Source: Actinomycetales bacterium
GTDB lineage: Bacteria > Actinomycetota > Actinomycetes > Actinomycetales > Actinomycetaceae
DNA: 25,363 bases
Reading direction: 5' to 3'
NCBI GenBank assembly: GCA_012513625.1
Contig: JAAZBW010000350.1
Location: 1 to 25,363, forward strand
Within the stretch, counting starts at the first letter, position 1. Every line of letters begins with the position of its first letter. The translations under genes were made by a program, and so were the position numbers. Shown here in pieces: positions 25,136-25,363 of this stretch. The notes under the pieces were generated by a model, which was not told where the DNA came from, did no database searches, and saw only the letters and a program-made list of their open reading frames with translations.

Positions 25136-25240
25136 GGTGGGGCCGGTCTACGGCACACAGTCGAGGGATGAGGGGAGACGGAACGGGTCTACGGCACACA
25201 GTCGATGAGGATTTGCGGACTTTGGCCACACAGTCGATGA
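25091..25240. repeat. Second cluster of CACACA[C/G]TCG repeats
   Basis: Copies at 25092, 25154, 25195 and 25227. 25189-25208 is 19/20 identical to 11015-11034. Confidence 0.85.
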
Positions 25241-25363
25241 AAGGCGTGGCCCGCCGCCCCCGCCCGCCGTCTCCGCCGCCCACGCCCCGACCCGCGCCCG
25301 CGCGCGTACCACAGAATCCGGCGCATCTGGCAACTTCACGAAGTTCCCGCAGAGCCCCATCCC

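Noticed and set aside
24478-25363. Short ORFs in the terminal region (e.g. 24579-24935, 24939-25283)
   Set aside because: Composed of repeat-derived sequence, no RBS or motif support, and mutually overlapping on both strands.

Overview
High-GC (about 70-80% in spot counts) actinobacterial-type chromosomal window with 25 supportable CDS. From left to right: (1) a sugar-catabolism block that looks like the D-apiose isomerase/split-transketolase route, with a SorC-type regulator, an RbsD/FucU protein and an FGGY kinase; (2) two convergent, apparently leaderless operons forming an orphan GTP-derived pterin-like cluster (zinc-free MDR dehydrogenase, atypical PTPS/QueD-fold protein, GT4 glycosyltransferase <> HAD hydrolase, GTP cyclohydrolase II fused to a deaminase-less RibD reductase); (3) a VOC protein, a REP-like repeat mosaic, and an ABC-2 exporter with a NarX/NarL-type two-component system; (4) a CDF transporter, a DUF4386-like membrane protein and a PfkB kinase; (5) ada-alkA and ogt, each preceded by the same 19-bp motif and separated by a lower-GC four-gene cassette (alpha-lytic-type S1 protease, a lipoprotein resembling only that protease's pro-domain, ECF sigma factor, CU044_5270-like membrane protein); (6) a repeat-rich, apparently non-coding tail. 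Best candidates for undescribed biology are the pterin-like cluster, the protease/stand-alone pro-domain/ECF cassette, the candidate Ada box, and dispersed repeats, one of which appears to sit in frame inside ada-alkA. No tRNA, rRNA, CRISPR array, integrase or transposase was recognised. All family assignments come from motif recognition by eye; no searches were run.
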